Below are positions 40,165-53,054 of a DNA stretch of 64,000 bases, piece after piece. The DNA is from Octopus sinensis (taxonomy: Eukaryota), in contig NC_043005.1 in assembly GCF_006345805.1 (NCBI RefSeq), positions 87,854,001 through 87,918,000 on the forward strand, given 5' to 3'. The stretch's first letter is position 1; each line of letters begins with the position of its first letter. The position numbers and the translations under genes are program-made. The notes below the pieces were generated by a model. The model was not told where the DNA came from. It saw nothing but the letters and a program-made list of their open reading frames with translations, and did not search any database.

Positions 40165-40255
40165 CCTACGGACGTACGTTTCGAAATTAAGTTTTAGGAA
40201 AGCATAAGAATTAGATAATTATGTCTTACCCAACTGTTTTTCTCATCAGCGTAGG
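40165..40255 (-). ncRNA. Type I hammerhead ribozyme, apparently intact
   Basis: Minus strand CCTACG-CTGATGA-GAAA(52 nt)TTTC-GAAA-CGTACG-TC-CGTAGG; GUC triplet, predicted cut between 40171 and 40170. Confidence 0.88.
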
Positions 40256-41118
40256 ACTCTACAATTATGAATAATTGTATATTAAATTTCGAGGTACTAG
40301 AAGACATCACCTCAACTCATAGTATCAGAGCGAGCTAAAGCCGTTACCAGTATCACCAAATTCAAAGTGTGAATGAAAGTTTGTGTCATCAACCCCCTCC
40401 CACCAGCGTGCTGCCAGGACAAGATGTTGTGGTCATTTACTGGGATGAAATATGGTTATCAGTAATAATATAGGGTGAAATCAATTAATTTGGAATAATC
40501 ATTAATTTCACCAAGTAGATTTCGGCATGTAAAAGCCCCATTCGAGGAAAGTTTAAGTAATACTAAGTAATTAAGGGTTTAGCAACGATTTGCCTCACCA
40601 CACACCGAGTTTAGAAATAGCAGTCAAAGAGTTATAGCTATTCCTTCTACTAAAAGGAATTTCTTTCTCTCTTGCCTGCGTTTGCCTTTCAAGTGCTGTG
40701 GTTTTACTGAGATCTCCCTTTTAGTAGAAGGAATAGCTATAACTCTTTGACTGCTATTTCTAAACTCGGTGTGTGGTGAGGCAAATCGTTGCTAAACCCT
40801 TAATTACTTAGTATTACTTAAACTTTCCTCGAATGGGGCTTTTACATGCCGAAATCTACTTGGTGAAATTAATGATTATTCCAAATTAATTGATTTCACC
40901 CTATATTATTACTGATAACCATATTTCATCCCAGTAAATGACCACAACATCTTGTCCTGGTAGCACGCTGGTGGGAGGGGGTTGGTGACACAAACTTTCA
41001 TTCACACTTTGAATTTGGTGATACTGGTAACGGCTTTAGCTCGCTCTAATACTATGAGTTGAGGTGATGTCTTCTAGTACCTCGAAATTTAATATACAAT
41101 TATTCATAATTGTAGAGT

Positions 41119-41208
41119 CCTACGCTGATGAGAAAAACAGTTGGGTAAGACATAATTATCTAATTCGTATGCTTTCCTAAAACTTAATTTCGAAACGTAC
41201 GTCGTAGG
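41119..41208 (+). ncRNA. Type I hammerhead ribozyme, second copy, one C missing next to the cleavage site
   Basis: CCTACG-CTGATGA(41125)-GAAA...TTTC-GAAA(41192)-CGTACG-TC-GTAGG. Confidence 0.75.
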
Positions 41209-41365
41209 TGACTTAATATTGTATGATTGTCGTCATTTCTTTCTCTCTTGTGCTGTGGTTTTACTGAGATCTCCCTTTTAGTAGAAGGAATAGCTATAAC
41301 TCTTTGACTGCTATTTCTAACTCGGTGTGTGGTGAGGCAAATCGTTGCTAACCCTTAATTACTTA

Positions 41366-41425
<60 letters not shown>

Positions 41426-41845
41426 GATATATATATATATATATATATATATATCATATATATATATATATATGCAACTTATAAACAAGGGCAAAAGAAA
41501 ATTATTTCTATGCCAATATGCTGAAAACATATAGTATTTTAATATGCTGCCACTTTTCTGGTGAAATTTTTTTCTGTAAAAAGAACTTCATCTATATTAG
41601 TAGTATTTATATATATATATAATATATATATTATATATATATATATATATAACATTACGAGCATATATATGTGTGTGTGTGTCCATGTGTGTGTAATTAT
41701 AAATTTACATGCATATAATTTCCAATATACTGCGAAAAGGACATTGATAGCTGTATCTGGCAACCTCTCGACCTTTTCTCTCAACCTGTCTCTCTCGTTT
41801 CCTATATACATACATATATTTCATCATGCTGAACCGTTAATTACT

Positions 41846-42040
41846 ACACATTTTTTTCTTTCTCTGTTTTTTTTTCTTGTGTTGTTTTCGTTCTCGTACC
41901 TTTTTTTCTCAGTGCTTTCTGACAAAGAGTGCAGGTTCGAAACGTCAAGGACTTTTCCACTCTTCCCGAGCGTCAAAACTCCACCTGCTTGTTGAGACCT
42001 CTCTCGTCTTGGTCTTTTGTGTTCTGTAAATTTTAACTAT
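41846..42040 (+). mobile_element. Short Penelope-like repeat with degenerate minimal hammerhead (41915-41950)
   Basis: ACTACACATTTTT start; CTTT-CTGACAA-A-GAGT/GCAG/GTTC-GAAA-CG-TC-AAGG; CCCGAGCG downstream as in the other copies; core G8 changed to A. Confidence 0.65.
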
Positions 42041-42051
42041 ACATGTGTGTG

Positions 42052-42164
<113 letters not shown>

Positions 42165-42786
42165 TCATTGTTGATTCACTAGAAGCGATAAATTACAGGA
42201 TGCAATACAGATACAGAGTACTCTGTCATACATTAAACGTTATATCTGAAGACAAAGACTTTGATATCCAGTATTCCGAGTTGCTCATTTCCAATCATTT
42301 CCTGTTAAACCAAGGCTCGTTTCCTTTTGAATATTCACTGCCTGAATTTTTATTTTATTTTTATTTATATTGAGATACATATATATTTTTTTTCAGATGA
42401 AATGAATATTAGATGGTGTTTATAACGTTTATAATAACATTACCGCGAGAACAAGAACTGAAATCAAAAACGTTAGCTTGAAGAAGCCGTTTCCGCATCT
42501 GTCGCTCACAAACGAAATAACATGAGAGTAGGCGAAATAACACAGCGATAAGCGCTTACTTCAAACTCTCATTTCCTATATAAAAACATATTCAGACAGT
42601 GGCAAGTCAAAATCAGAAGTAAACTAGACTTCATTTGCCACCTGATGATCGGAAATTAGCAGCTCTGCGTACGAGAAGTCGCAGCCTTTCAATTATAAAA
42701 TATCTATTTCTCTATCTACGTCTGTTTACACACACACATACATATATATATCCATATATACACAAAATATACATATTCATACATAC

Positions 42787-42839
<53 letters not shown>

Positions 42840-43467
42840 GAGAGAGAGAGATTGATAGGTAGATAGATAGATAGATATAGATATAGATATATACATATAG
42901 CTTATGTAATAAATGCGAAAACTAATTTCTGTGTTAGTGTATCACACTTAAACCCCCTCACTTATTGTTCAATGACACTCCTACTATTCCTCATGATGGG
43001 GTGAGAGTAATAGCAGGCATAGAGACGGTGAAAGCGAAGGCGAAGACAGAGAAAGGAAAAAGAGAGGGAGAGAAAGAGAGACAAAGAAATTGAGGGAGAG
43101 TTGATGATGTTTTATTAAAAGTAGTAGTGTTGATGGTGGCAGTAATAATAAAAGCGGGAGAAAGAGTAGGTATGTGAGAGAAAGAGGGAGATGATGTTCA
43201 ACTTTCTTAAGCCATGTCTCTTTAACAGAAATTGCCAATATGCTGAATATTGTCATTTTAGTGTTGACTCCACCCAGTCCTTTTTTCCTAAAAGAGGTCA
43301 CCATCCTTGAACTAATATCTCATGCCAGAGCTATACAATATAAATACATGGTAAAAGGCAATCCAAATTGAAAAGAAATTCCTCTCCCCCTCTCTCTCTC
43401 TTTCTACCTATCCTTCTGTCTATCGATATTTATCTAGCTATCTATCTATCTACCGATCTATTAATCT

Positions 43468-43835
43468 TTAAGCATCTACATCAATTAGTGTACAAGTATT
43501 TTCTTCCCTGTCTTTAATACTTATGTCTGGTCGATTATCATGGATAGTTCTGTCAATATTGACTGGAAAATCCCAGAGGATAGAAGCATTTTTACCTTCA
43601 GCGACTGGCTCAGGGGGATGTTCATACCAAAAAGCAGGAATGCTGATTTTGTGGTGTTTAAATATTTTCCAGGGTAAATACTGACTTACCCTACCGTGGC
43701 GAGTTTTGTATTCGTTTGGTGTTAGCATAGGACAACCCGAGACAAGATGTTCTATTGTTTCGTCAAATGTGTCGCAGAATTTGCATTTAGGGTCAGAACA
43801 ATTTTGAAGAACGTTAGCCTTGTAGATTTTTGTGA
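43468..43835 (-). mobile_element. R4/Dong-like LINE C-terminal fragment (CCHC knuckle plus start of restriction-like endonuclease)
   Basis: PKCKFCDTFDETIEHLVSGCPML..EYKTRH..WYEHPP..ILWDF..RPDI..TLIDV. Confidence 0.85.
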
Positions 43836-43842
43836 AACCTTC

Positions 43843-44403
43843 AGTCTCTGCAACAAGTATGGTCTTGAAAACTTTGCAACAAGAATGGACTGGACAGAGA
43901 AAAAATGTGGTACGAACATAAGCCCGAAGGCATCATCAAAAATTATAAAGCAAAGACCCTATGGGATTTTATAATTCAGTGCGATCATGAGATAGAGAAT
44001 AGGAAATCAGACATAGTGTTAATTGAGAATGAAAGCAAACGATACAAGATCATAGATATAGCATTCTCAGCTGACAAGGTATGCGATAAAGAAGAAAGAA
44101 AAGTCAATAGATATAACAGGTTAGCTTGGGAGGTAAAGAAGTTGCGTTCGATGAAAATGGTGGAAGTAGTCCCAATAATTATCGGAGGCCTGGGAACAGT
44201 GATTAAATGTCTTCAGAAGTACGTGGAACAAATAGGGGCTGAAATAAATGTGGAGCACTTGCAGTAAACATGTAAACATCACTGCTTGGAATCGCTCGAA
44301 TACTCCGGAAGTTGCTCGAAAACTAAGGGGTGTTACCTAAGTTCACTGGAAGTGAACAGCTGACAACCTAGTACATCTCCAGCGTTAGAAGCTGTGCAAA
44401 GGC
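43843..44403 (+). mobile_element. R4/Dong-like LINE 3' end
   Basis: WYEHKP..LWDFIIQCD..RKSDIVLIE..IIDIA..KEERKVNRY..VVPIIIGGLG..LGIARILRK; followed by (ATG)n(ATA)n. Confidence 0.88.
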
Positions 44404-44479
44404 AATGATGATGGTGATGATGATGATGATGATGATGATAAAAATAACAATAATGATAATAATAATAATAATAATAATA

Positions 44480-44556
<77 letters not shown>

Positions 44557-44570
44557 CATTATTATAGTTA
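44404..44570. repeat. (ATG)n-(AAT)n-(ATT)n microsatellite
   Basis: Direct reading; AAT run switches to ATT at ~44480. Confidence 0.95.
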
Positions 44571-45057
44571 TGCGGAGAATATTGTTTACAACGATGATAG
44601 TGTCGTGACCAGATTAGTGAAATAAGAGAAGATTTGTGAATGCGGTTTGGATTTTCTATAATGTGTTTCGGATATTGGGTCATTGAAATGGCCTTACTTT
44701 CCTGGGTTTACTGTATTTCATGCGTTAATAATAGCTGTGGCGGGTGATAGAGAGATTAGGATGAATAGTGGACTACTAACAATATATCATCATCATCACA
44801 TTATCAGCATCATCATTATCATTAACATCATTATCATTAACATCATCATCATTCATAATCATCATCACCATCACCATTATCATCACTATCATCCTGATGA
44901 TAAACATCATCATAATCTTTATTATCATCACCACCACCGTCATCACCTAAATACCAAAATCACCAAAACCTGGCGATCTCCTCTAATACTAGAATCACTA
45001 TGGCTCGAAGAATCAATACCTGACAATACCTTACCAATTGTATTCTTTGTGGTAGCA

Positions 45058-45265
45058 AAGGCGGCGAGCTGGCAGAAACGTTAACACACCGGGCGAAATG
45101 TATCGGTATTTCATGTCCTTACGTTCTGAGTTCAAATTTCACCGAGGTCTACTTTGCCTTTCATCTTTTCGGGGGCTATAATTTAAGTACCAGGTGCGTA
45201 CTGGAGTCGATCTAATCGACTAGCCCCTCAAAACTTTTGGCCTTGTGCCTAGAGTAGAATAGATC
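45058..45265 (+). mobile_element. SINE family A
   Basis: Head and body motifs. Confidence 0.9.
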
Positions 45266-45429
45266 ATATATGATAGTAATTTCAAATGAACTCCAGTGAA
45301 ATTCCAAATTTCCTTCTTTCTTTGCTCCTCTTTACCATCAGATCCAACCCCTTGTTTTTATATACCTATTACCAATAAGAAAGGTACCAGTCATATACGT
45401 AGGCCTGTTCAATCAATTTTATCATATAT

Positions 45430-45595
45430 AGGCGCGCCTGTGTAAGCTGTTTGATTTCCAAACACTTGGTTCCGGGTTAAATCCAACCGCCTTGCACCTT
45501 AGCCAAGTGTTTTCTAATATAGTCTGCGGCCTAGTAGCGGATTCTAAATGGATTTGGTAGACAGAAACTGAAAGAAGCCCGTCGTAATATATGTG
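45430..45595 (+). mobile_element. SINE family B head
   Basis: GGTTCCGGGTTAAATCC..GGATTTGGTAGACAGAAACTGAAAGAAGCCCGTCGTA. Confidence 0.8.
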
Positions 45596-45678
45596 TGCCA
45601 ACCTTCTCTTGATGAGGGGAGCTGAGCTTATTGTAATATCTCCGTACTATTGCTAACTGATTGCCTATCCAAGAGTTT

Positions 45679-46085
45679 AAGGCGGCGAACTGTCAGAAGC
45701 GTTAGCACGCCGGGCGAAATGCATAGCCGTATTTCGTCTGCCGTTACGTTCTGAGTTCAAATTCCGCCGAGGTCGACTTTGCCTTTCATCCTTTCGGGGC
45801 CGATGAATTAAGTTCCAGTTACGTAATGAGGTCGATATAATCGACTTAATCCGTTTGTCTGTCCTTGTTTGTCCTCTCTGTGTTTATCCCCTTGTGCGTA
45901 GTAAAGAAATAGGTATTTCCTCTGCCGCTACGTTCTGAGTTCAAATTCAGTTCTTTACATCCTTTTGGGGTCGATGAATTAAGTACCAGTTACGCACTGG
46001 GGGTCGATGTAATCGACTTGATCCCTTTGTTTGTCCATGTTTGTCTCCTCTATGTTTAGCCCCTTGTGAGCAATAAAGAAATAAG
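45679..46085 (+). mobile_element. SINE family A with internally duplicated body and tail
   Basis: TACGTTCTGAGTTCAAATTC...GTAAAGAAATA occurs twice after a single head. Confidence 0.88.
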
Positions 46086-46507
46086 AGTTTAAAGGATCCC
46101 TTCTTTGGGTTTTCCATATCCCCGCCCGCAGGTATTAAAGAAGCTGAATATGAAATACTTTAATCGCAAGGACTTGTGATCTACCATCTGATCAACACCT
46201 CCATGGTTATCTTTCTTATGGAAGTGATTGATGAGAAACTGCACTTCATATTAATTCATGAGGGGAACTACACTTTACGTTACTTCAAAACAGCGAGAAT
46301 ACAACCACTAATACATCTATTCATTCTCAATACATTCTGGCGGATTTGAATGCGAAAATGCTAATTGTTGTTGTGTCTCGTCTTCGAAGATCCCCTCCAT
46401 TTAGGCAATGTATGTTCATAACACATATGATTTCACCGTGTAAGAGATCTTCGACATGAGAAAATTACTATTTGTATATCTCACGAGAGATATTCAGGAT
46501 CATTACT

Positions 46508-46797
46508 TTGGAGTAAAGATTGTTTGCTAACATAACATGGCAGTCCTGGTTTAGAACGAATGTTGCTGTAATATAGCCCCAAGAGACATCGTCTCCAGCT
46601 GGCTAAATGACACAATCTGTGTCCTTATATTTTCGAACAAGGGAATCTAGCCGCATGAGAGTGCTAGATTCCCTTGTTCGAAAAAAGATATATGTCGTAT
46701 AGTGAGCTGGAGACGATGTTTCCTGGGGCTAAATTACAGCAACATTCGTCCTAAACCAGGACTGCCATGCTATGATGGCAAATAATCTTTACTCCAA
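46508..46797. mobile_element. Fold-back (MITE-like) element
   Basis: ~90-bp imperfect outer arms TTGGAGTAAAGATT...CTCCAGCT / AGCTGGAG...AATCTTTACTCCAA; inner 22-bp perfect hairpin 46630-46651 / 46663-46684. Confidence 0.85.
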
Positions 46798-47157
46798 CTT
46801 CGACATTGTTATGTCTCATCAGTCAGAGCGACTTCACTGGTCCAATGAATCTGACAAGAATAAGATCTCCCGTTTATAGGAATCAGCAAACACATTATCG
46901 GTTGATACACACAGATATCTTGAGGTGGTCTTCATTGACAAAAATAAGCACGAACAAATGCTCTTCACATTCAACGCTGCCAGAATGAACAACGAATGAA
47001 TCGATACGTTAGAGTTTTTATATCGTTTCTGTGGAATAAGCAATGGATACGTTCTGCTGTCTTGAATGAAAAGCCTTTGATGAGTCAGACGAATTGTTTC
47101 GTCACGCTAATGATAACGTCATAACGTCCTTGCTAATAATCGGCGATGCATTCAATG

Positions 47158-47412
47158 AAGGCGCGTCGCTTAGTAGTTAGGTCGATTTTTCCTTTCATCC
47201 TTTCGGGGTCGATAAATTAAGTACCAGTTGAGCACTAATGTTTATGTGATCGACGGTCATTTTCGTTCAAAGTTCAAATCACGGCAAAGCTACCTTCGCC
47301 TTTTGTCCTTTCGGAGTCGATAAATAAAAGTATAATTCTAAATGCTGGAGTCGATGTAATCGATATGCACTACTCCTCAAAATTTCTGGCCTCGTGCCAA
47401 AATTAGAAAGTA
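47158..47412. mobile_element. SINE family A fragments
   Basis: CCTTTCATCCTTTCGGGGTCGATAAATTAAGTACCAG twice, with rearranged intervening sequence. Confidence 0.75.
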
Positions 47413-47427
47413 TTATCATCGTCATCG

Positions 47428-47458
<31 letters not shown>

Positions 47459-48399
47459 AATCATCATCATCATCATCATCACCATCATCATAAAGAAAAT
47501 ATGCGCTCTACAATATACCACATATGGTGAGATGCTTCTTAAACGCGCACATTTTTGGACTTACCATCACCACACTCACACACACACATGTACACACATA
47601 CACAGGGCAACTAGTTCTTACCAAGACAATTACCAACACATACACACATTTACCGAACAATGGTATGTTCATCCACAGAAGTATTTTCATACACACACTG
47701 ACATAAATCTACTAAGACACATAATACCGCATTTAAATACCCACACCTATACAAACTTATAGAAAGACGATTGTATTAAAGCAAACACACTTAAGGGACG
47801 CACGCGGCGCATATCTGCCGTTCGTCTGATTTAATGGGCCAGCGCCATCTGGCCGCCGTTTTAAAATCACAGCTAGAGAAGAGTCGACTTCTTTTAGTTT
47901 ATCTTCAGGAATATAAATACACAAGAGGACGCCGTTCTACTTCAACTGCCGCCACATAAAGAACAGGTAAAGTGTTGTTACTATTTGAGAAGAAATCTAG
48001 AGAAGAAAATTACTTTTTATTTCTTTCTCGCTGCATAAAAAATAATACAAAGACTGTGTACGTACATATATATATATGTGTGTGTGTGTGCGTGTGTGTT
48101 GTGTGTATGATATATATGTATATTAGTATAGCTATATATTATTATGCATATAAATGCATATATGCATAGACACAAATACTCGTATGTGAATGTATATAAT
48201 TATCTAAATTTATTTATCCATATATGCATACATAAACAAATATATACATATATACCGTTGTATACAGATATAAATAATTGCATGTATGCACAACTACTTG
48301 CTTATGCGTAAAATTCATAATATATATATGTACACATACGTGTGTGTGTGTGTGTATGTATGTAAGTATATATATATATTAATATATATATATATATAT

Positions 48400-48458
<59 letters not shown>

Positions 48459-50770
48459 AATGCACAGAATAATATATTTATGCATATAAACGCATAATTA
48501 TAAATACATTTTTATTTAAACATGTATGTATGTATAATTACATTATATATTGTGTGTGTGTGTGCGCATATATATATATATATATATAGATATATATATA
48601 TATATATAAAATGAACTTTAAAAACACATGGAACTTTAAAAACACTATTTACAAGCAATAGCGGAACAGCAACATCAACAACAACAACAGCAATATACAT
48701 CCACAAGAGCATTAGTATAAACAATAACATAAACAACAATACCTGTGACGTCAACAACAACAACAACAGCAATAAATAAATAAATTCGTAATGGATGAAA
48801 TTGGCAGAAAATTTATAGTCCATTTGGTAAAAACGATTAAAATCTTTCATATTTTTTTTCGTGTTGCTTGTTTTTATTTCGGCTTTATATAACTAAACTA
48901 GAGTAATTTAGTGATTTCTAATAGAGAATTTTTGTTTATCTTCTTCGTTTCCTCCACCGTCACCGGTGCCATTAATGGTGTTTCTTTTAAGAAAAATTAT
49001 ATATAAAATACAGGGACAGAAAAATAACTACAAATAAAGATAAAGAAGAAAGATAAACGCGTTAGGATTTCGGGCTTCGTTCAATGATTTTTTTATTCAT
49101 TTATTTTTCAAATTTCTTTTTCCTTTCTTCTCTCTTCATTTTTATGATTTTTTTTTTTCAATTTATTTTTTGTTCTTACGAATTCATTTACTTTCTTCTC
49201 CTTCTACTTCTTATTCTTCCTTTCTTTATTCATTCTCTTTTTCTTTCCTTCATCTTTTTTTCCTCTTCAGTTTTTCTTTTCAGCTTTTCCTCATCCGCTT
49301 TGTTGTCGTTGATGTTATTTTTCACCATCTTTTTTTCATTTTCGTTAATACCACATCTTTTCTCTTCGTCAGTTTTCTTCATCTTTTCGCTTCGTCCTCC
49401 TCTTGATTTTTTTCCCTTTATTCTTCTTCCTTCGTCTTGTGTTGTTGCTTTTCTTCATTCTTCTTCTTTCGCTTCTTTTTTTCCTTCTTCTCACCCTCCT
49501 CCACTGCCTTCTCCTTCTATCTTATTTTCCTATGATGATGCTGTTCTGAAAGGTATTAACAAAATGTCGGACGGGGGGGACTGTTGACGAGGATGGTAGC
49601 TGTAGTTGTCCTGATATGGTAGATGACGATAATGGCGTTTGTAGTGTTGGTGCTGGTAATTGAAGCTGTTGTAGTTGGTGTTAATAATAAAGTTGGGTGA
49701 CGGTGGGATTGGTGGAGATGGAGATGGTGATACTGAAGGTAATACGAGCAGTAAAACACCTAATTTCTTTTCGTTTAATCTCATTTTATCCGTTTGCTTG
49801 TCTTTCTTTGTTATGGGTATCTCATTTTAGTCATTATACATTGTTTTTGATGTTGGTTTTGATGTTGTTGCTGTTGGTGTTGTTGGTGTTGTTGTTGTTA
49901 TAGGTCGTTTTCTCAAGATGTAGCAGTTCTGTGTTTGCTTGTTTGTTTTATTTTTGTTTTGTATTATTTTGGTGGGGAGGGTGGTGGAAAGAAGGCGACA
50001 CATATGTACAGTATGTATGTATGTATGTGGTAGTGGAAAGCGTGTGTCTGCGTTTAAGTGTGTGTATGCTTACGTGTGGTTGGTGGATGCACATGTATAT
50101 GCAAAGCTATATATTGACTTACATGCATTTATGTATGTGTGTATATACGTATTACATATGTATAACATAATATACACACGTACACAACCTTTCCGCATAG
50201 GTATGTACGCCTACGAACAGTCGTATATGTGTGGTGGGGTGCATGTATCTATGTATTGCTATAGATAATATATACGTCTGTGAATATGTATTTGTGTGTG
50301 TGTGTTTGTGCGTGTGCACATGTGTGCATCTACGCATGTATGTATGTGTGCATGTGTGTTTGTATATTAGTATATATATATATATGTGTGTGGACGGCGT
50401 AAGTTGGCAGTTTTGCATCTGTCTGATAAAATCGGATATATTAATGAAAAGATGGTATTATTGCAACGATACAATGGTATATATGTAAAAAGAAATTAGT
50501 CGATATTTTCCCATTATAACAAAAGATTTTCTAATCATCTTTGTCAAGCTGTGCATTACAAAAGATCACTTCGACTATCTTCTCACATCAACAAGATAGC
50601 TTCTCTTTTGCCTAGATACTTACTTGATCATTATAAAAGCCAAAACTCACGTTGAACATCTTCTATCGTTATTAAAATTGGGTTAGGTGTTTCGCCATAG
50701 ATTTCTAGACGGCACGCTTCAGAATAAACACTTTTTTTTTTCATATATATATATATATAAACACGGAATA

Positions 50771-51160
50771 AGGAAGCGTGCTAGCAGAATAGTTACCTCG
50801 CCGGACCAAATACTTGGCGGTATTTCGTATATCTTTACAAGGCGGCGAGCTGGCAGAACCGTTAGCACGCCGGGCGAAATGTTGAGAGGTATTTTTGCTA
50901 CGTTCTGAGTTCAAATTCCGCCGAGGTCGACTTTGCCTTTCATCCTTTCGGGGTCGATTAAATAAGTACCAGTTATGCACTGGGGTCGATATAATTAACT
51001 TAATCCGTTTGTCTGTCCTTGTTTGTCCTCTCGCTGTTTAGCCCCTTGTGGGTAGTAAAGAAATGGGTATTTCTTATATCTTGTTGCGGAGTGGAGGTCG
51101 ATGTGATGGATTTACTCCTCACACGAAAATGCTGGCCTCGTGCCAACATTCGAAACCATT
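50771..51160 (+). mobile_element. SINE A (50839-51073) inserted in an older SINE A
   Basis: Degenerate head 50771-50838, then a complete younger copy, then a degenerate tail. Confidence 0.82.
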
Positions 51161-52100
51161 ACCTTCGTTTCTCAAGCGAAGCTAGTTTTAATAACCATTT
51201 GGTATTTCTGATACATCACCTAGAGGAGAAGGTAATATCAAATATATCATGATAATATCAGAGTTCTCAAACACTGATATACCATTAACGAAACGGACCG
51301 GCTTATTGACAGTCCAGTCGAGCTGGACTGTCAGCAGGTCGCAGCAAAGAAAAACGCGAAATTATATTTAATACGAAATAGTGAAAGAAAAAAGGGAAGA
51401 TTCGTGAGTTTTTTATTTCGTTTTCGTTTTGTTTTTTGCTTCTTGTTGGTGTGACATTGAAAATACAGTTTAATCTTTGTGCGCATTACATTTCGCTTTC
51501 GTTTCTTTGACAAACAGACTCTTAATTCCTTGGTTTAACATAATTATCAATTAAATACTGTTTTATTTGTTAAATATCTTTCTTGTTTTATATTTTCCTT
51601 TTTACCCCCTGAAATTTTCTCTTTATTAGTAACTCTCCTATCCAATGAATATTAATTTGCTCCCTAAAAGCAAACTGCTTCGGTAATTTACAATTGAAAT
51701 GCTCTGAAACTTTCAGAACAGCAACAATCAATTTCTATGAATTTTCCTTTTCATCTGAAATTTAAGAAACAATTTGCATAAATTTCCCCGAGTGCTGAGG
51801 AAGCAACTAATCATATCTCGACCTGGCGTACGAACAATGAATCAGAACAACTAAATAGTTAATACAGTGGCCTCAAGACAATAAATTACGTTTCTCTGTC
51901 GAAACTATTAGGATATCTCAAAAGAAATTTCGACAGATGTGCAGCTGTGTTTGCTATGTATTACCTTAAAGTATTATTGAATATAACTTCGCTTTTTCTC
52001 TGTTTCAGCAGATTTCTAACCAAATTCCAATTTTACGAGAAACCTACACACACACATACGCCCACACAAACATATATGTGTGTGCATGCATATAAATATA

Positions 52101-52227
<127 letters not shown>

Positions 52228-52254
52228 CATATGCATATATACATATGTGAGTGA

Positions 52255-52780
52255 GAGAGCAGCGCATGCCATCAAAGTGACACTGGGGTAAAATATACGA
52301 AACCCAGTTTACCCATCATGACTACGCGTCAGATAAGGGTACACCTGGCACCTGCATTACAACTATATGTGCACGACGAAGCGGTCTCTTATCAAGATAA
52401 ACAGCGCATGGTCTTGCAGGTAGGTCCCGGTTGGAATTTTCTTCAGGTCGACTAGCCCATTCGGATCAAAAGTTCTCTGAGTAGGGGCTGTTTAAGGATG
52501 ATGAACAAAACACCCATGTTTCCAAAGGTGAACCATCCAAACCCCAAAGAATCCCTCTCAACACATGGCTATGATGCTCCCCCACTACTTCTCGTGATCA
52601 AAGATGCTCATATTGTCAGCCACTGAGGAACATACTCAACTGGTTATGGTCAAACAAGTGACCAGCCAATCTATGGTATTGAGCAAAATATTTGCTGTAG
52701 CCAAGACAAAACAATGTACATGATAGCACTTCCGTTCAGTTAAGATCAGAAGCGATGAGAGCCACTGCCTGCTACTGCAT
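52255..52780. mobile_element. Unclassified interspersed repeat, probably SINE-like
   Basis: Non-coding, higher GC, bounded by microsatellites; resembles an octopus repeat from memory; single copy in this window. Confidence 0.35.
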
Positions 52781-52928
52781 ATGTATGTATGTAGGTATGT
52801 ATGTAGGTATGTATGTACGTATGTATGTATGTATGTTTGTATGTATGTATGTATGTATGTATGTATGTATGTATATACATATTGCCTGAAGTGGTGTACA
52901 GATGTTATATATTAATAAAATAAGAGTT

Positions 52929-53023
52929 AGAATTTTGGATAATCCATTATTAGCGCTTTCGTCTCATTCATGTACAATCCATGATTGAGACAAAAGCGCT
53001 AATAAAGAATCATCCAAAACTCT
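52929..53023. repeat. ~44-bp stem hairpin with 7-nt loop
   Basis: TTATTAGCGCTTTCGTCTCATTCATG-TACAATC-CATGATTGAGACAAAAGCGCTAATAA plus outer pairing. Confidence 0.8.
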
Positions 53024-53054
53024 GCAGAGCCGCAAAATTACCAAGATACACCAG

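Larger units (their letters stand above)
39901..41369. mobile_element. Retrozyme/Penelope-like non-coding element: 558-bp monomer in partial tandem, duplicated in inverted orientation
   Basis: TCAGTAATAATATAGGGTG at 39901 and 40459; arms 40002-40657 and 40717-41369 are reverse complements; (TA)n on both sides; no ORF of 60 aa or more. Confidence 0.9.

Noticed and set aside
46810-47000. LSVDTHRYLEVVF, resembling RT motif 7 (YLG)
   Set aside because: A single weak motif with a nearby stop and no flanking RT motifs found
47075-47110. TTGATGAGTCAGACGAAT, a hammerhead-like string
   Set aside because: First core base and GAAA are altered, stem II would have a 1-nt loop, and no stem I is present
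51307-51333. Perfect 11-bp hairpin; also a 13-bp hairpin at 56491-56530 followed by T-rich sequence
   Set aside because: Terminator-like shape is meaningless in this eukaryotic context; too short and isolated to assign a function
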